Source: a virus (taxonomy: Duplodnaviria > Caudoviricetes). From it: a DNA stretch of 27,321 bases. Each line of letters begins with the position of its first letter. The first letter of the stretch is position 1. Shown here in pieces: positions 25,446 to 27,321 of this stretch. The position numbers were made by a program, and so were the translations under genes. A model generated the notes under the pieces. That model was not told the origin of the DNA. It saw nothing but the letters and a program-made list of their open reading frames with translations, and searched no databases. The stretch is from positions 1 through 27,321 of the IMG/VR virus record IMGVR_UViG_3300037851_000079; one strand, 5' to 3'.

Positions 25446-25736
25446 ATGATAAAAGCAAAAGTCGCTCAATCTACATACTATCAAGGCAAAATGTATCGGG
25501 TCGGCGAACTCGTAGAGCTAGCAGATGCCGATTTTTATGCTTTAGGTGTCTCGGTGGCTAAAGTTTCCGGCGGTGAAAAGGTCAACGTCGAAAAAAAGGC
25601 AGAACCAAAAAAGGATAAAAAAGCTCCGGAAGCTAAAGAAGTAAAAACGGAAGAAAAAGCTGTGGAAGCTCCCGAAGTTAACGAAATGGTTAACACCGAA
25701 GCCGAAGAAAAAAAGGTTAAAGTTATTACTAAGTAA
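25446..25736 (+). CDS. Small head-associated hypothetical protein with a Lys/Glu-rich tail
   Basis: SD GAGAGGAGGTG; YRVGELVEL domain of a type commonly found after capsid genes. Confidence 0.75.
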   Translation: MIKAKVAQSTYYQGKMYRVGELVELADADFYALGVSVAKVSGGEKVNVEKKAEPKKDKKAPEAKEVKTEEKAVEAPEVNEMVNTEAEEKKVKVITK

Positions 25737-25738
25737 AA

Positions 25739-25778
25739 TGTATAACGTTAACCAATTTATTAGTTATACTTAAACTAT
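25739..25778 (+). promoter_or_regulatory. Putative late promoter, copy 5
   Basis: TGTATAAC (25739-25746), 18 nt, TATACT (25765-25770), TAAACTAT, ATG 25779. Confidence 0.8.
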
Positions 25779-26336
25779 ATGGCTACTTTCACATGGACCG
25801 CCCAATTAACGACCGGGACTCTAACTATTGGAGCCACCGATAAAATCGGACTTTACGGAGCCAGTTTCGGCGATGCAATTACCGTCGGTTCCTATCAGGA
25901 CTCGACTCATATCGAAAACTCCGGCGGGACTCACCAATGCTCAACTAACCACGTCCATAATTTAAAGTATGTCGACTCGACCCACTTTACTATCGACGGT
26001 GGTGGATCAACTCTCCTCGCCGCCGGTGCTCCTACGACCGCACAATGCCCGTTAAAGATCAATTTCGCCGATGCCGCCTCCGTGGCGACCTCCGGAGCGA
26101 TCTTTTGGGCTTATGATAACTCTACCGACACCAATGCTCCCACCAATGTCACCATAAAGGCTATTGAGCAATCAAACACCACATGGGGTACCCCGGCCGG
26201 ACGTGCCTCCGCAATCTCTCTCGCCGCTCAAGGTGCCGCCACTTCCCACGATTTCTATATCGGTATCTCTAACTCACCCGCCGCAGTCGGCGACTTGACC
26301 GCATACGCATTTAAGATAGAATTAACTTATCAATAA
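25779..26336 (+). CDS. Putative virion structural protein (beta-rich)
   Basis: Thr/Ala/Gly/Ser-rich; follows a late promoter element. Confidence 0.7.
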   Translation: MATFTWTAQLTTGTLTIGATDKIGLYGASFGDAITVGSYQDSTHIENSGGTHQCSTNHVHNLKYVDSTHFTIDGGGSTLLAAGAPTTAQCPLKINFADAASVATSGAIFWAYDNSTDTNAPTNVTIKAIEQSNTTWGTPAGRASAISLAAQGAATSHDFYIGISNSPAAVGDLTAYAFKIELTYQ

Positions 26337-26340
26337 AAAT

Positions 26341-26622
26341 ATGGCAAAAATAACTTTTAAATACGGACTCGGCAACAAATCGGTATTTACCGCCGGTGAA
26401 GTGTTGGAAGCCATTAAAGCCCCCGTCGAATATGCCGAAATGGCCGGAAATGGATTAAGTATCGCCGGGTTAAATGTCCCCTCTCTCGAAATGCCTATCC
26501 GTTTTAGTGAAAGCACCACCAAATTAACTATCCTCGCTCCGGAAATGGACCCGATAGATGTCGAGTGCGAATTTACGGGAGACGAGGACGATTTATCCGT
26601 ATTGGACGAACCGGCAGAATAA
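26341..26622 (+). CDS. Acidic hypothetical protein
   Basis: Tight packing, AAAATATG start. Confidence 0.7.
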   Translation: MAKITFKYGLGNKSVFTAGEVLEAIKAPVEYAEMAGNGLSIAGLNVPSLEMPIRFSESTTKLTILAPEMDPIDVECEFTGDEDDLSVLDEPAE

Positions 26623-26653
26623 TTTAATTTTTAATTACTTTGGTGATAAACCA

Positions 26654-27124
26654 ATGGCAAAAAAAATAACGACACGATGGTTAGCAAGTTTGAGCGACGG
26701 AACGATTGTAATTGAGGGTAAACCACCATTTCATTTAATCCCCGGAGAGAACTCACCGTGGCTCCGTCTCCAAAGATATATCGCCGAAAACCATCTTAAA
26801 ATTACCGGCCTCCGTGTCCAAGTTGAAGTCGAGGGCCAACCAATCCGGACGTATAACTCCCCCTCTCTCTCTCCTAAATCCAGATGGTCCCATTTAAACC
26901 CGTCTCTCCCGGAACGATTTAATTACTTTAGACGGATTGCTCGTCCGTTTATGCCAATGGAGGTAAAGCCGGACGGACGGATCGAGGGGGTAACATCCTC
27001 CGGACCAGAAGAAAAACACATCGAAATTCACACCATATATCCAACATTTACCGTAATAACAATCGTCGAAGAAACCGAGGGAAACGAGTCGTGGACGATA
27101 GTAGTCCCAAAGGAGGCAACATAA
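26654..27124 (+). CDS. Hypothetical protein
   Basis: ATG 26654 avoids overlap with the previous gene (the track's 26558 start is in the same frame). Confidence 0.7.
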   Translation: MAKKITTRWLASLSDGTIVIEGKPPFHLIPGENSPWLRLQRYIAENHLKITGLRVQVEVEGQPIRTYNSPSLSPKSRWSHLNPSLPERFNYFRRIARPFMPMEVKPDGRIEGVTSSGPEEKHIEIHTIYPTFTVITIVEETEGNESWTIVVPKEAT

Positions 27125-27321
27125 ATGCTATACACTCCTAAAATTAGCCGCCACTCTTGGAGTTATGATAATTTCGGGTCTAACCCGGGGGCTACTCCCG
27201 GTACCTCCGTCACTCCGGGTATCTCCAATGCCGAGGGATCGTGGACTCAGATAGCATCGTCCGCCAATATTGCACAAGATGTCTACGGGATGTTTTTAAG
27301 AATTTCGGATAACGCCGTGGC
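27125..27321 (+). CDS. Probable virion protein, 3'-truncated by the window edge
   Basis: ATG right after the previous stop; MLYTPKISRHSWSYDNFGSNPGATPGTSVTPGISNAEGSWTQIASSANI..., open to the end. Confidence 0.7.
   Translation, partial: MLYTPKISRHSWSYDNFGSNPGATPGTSVTPGISNAEGSWTQIASSANIAQDVYGMFLRISDNAV

Larger units (their letters stand above)
1..27321 (+). mobile_element. Tailed bacteriophage genome segment (siphovirus-like, HK97-type head), probably circularly permuted
   Basis: Terminase, portal, protease, capsid, tail tube, tape measure, Dit, lysis and replication genes all co-oriented with short or overlapping junctions; no host housekeeping genes. Confidence 0.97.

Noticed and set aside
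1525-25778. TGTATAAC elements as a CRISPR array or recombination sites
   Set aside because: Copies are kilobases apart, have variable interiors of fixed length and are positioned relative to start codons, as promoters are
983-26522. All minus-strand ORFs in the track (e.g. 2054..2662, 3494..3868, 11025..11369)
   Set aside because: They are shadows of well-supported + strand genes, with no recognisable motifs or start signals
1-27321. Stop-codon reassignment (code 15 or code 25)
   Set aside because: Genes are intact under code 11; TAG ends genes at 1286, 5446, 16866 and 23151, and TGA is used in many ATGA overlaps

Overview
The window is most of a small tailed (siphovirus-like, HK97-fold) phage genome, densely coded and with every credible gene on the + strand. 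It appears circularly permuted. Order: tail module (tube, frameshifted chaperones, tape measure, Dit, hub, fibres; 1-7924), lysis cassette (7930-10314), early/replication module (10470-17720), methyltransferase + glycosyltransferase pair, terminase, portal-MuF fusion, protease, capsid and further virion genes running off the right end. The early module contains an HTH regulator, an SSAP-like protein, an initiator with an internal iteron/DnaA-box origin, a transglycosylase, a two-domain beta-clamp-like protein, many zinc-finger microproteins and a sigma-4-like HTH protein. No integrase, tRNA or CRISPR array was seen. The most striking unexplained signals are non-coding. (1) Five copies of a rigidly spaced element, TGTATAAC-N18-TA(A/T)A(A/C)T, lie only before virion genes, mostly 8-9 nt from the ATG; this is a candidate phage-specific, near-leaderless late promoter class. 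(2) A second, sigma70-type promoter class is overlapped by a TACCCCTT/GGGRTACCC motif. (3) A G-U-rich multibranch RNA structure sequesters the first ATG of the replication initiator. (4) There is a strong CCGG excess with CTG and GCGC/CGCG depletion. A Patescibacteria (CPR)-type host is suggested by gene families and start contexts but is inference only. All protein calls come from visual motif recognition and synteny, not database searches.
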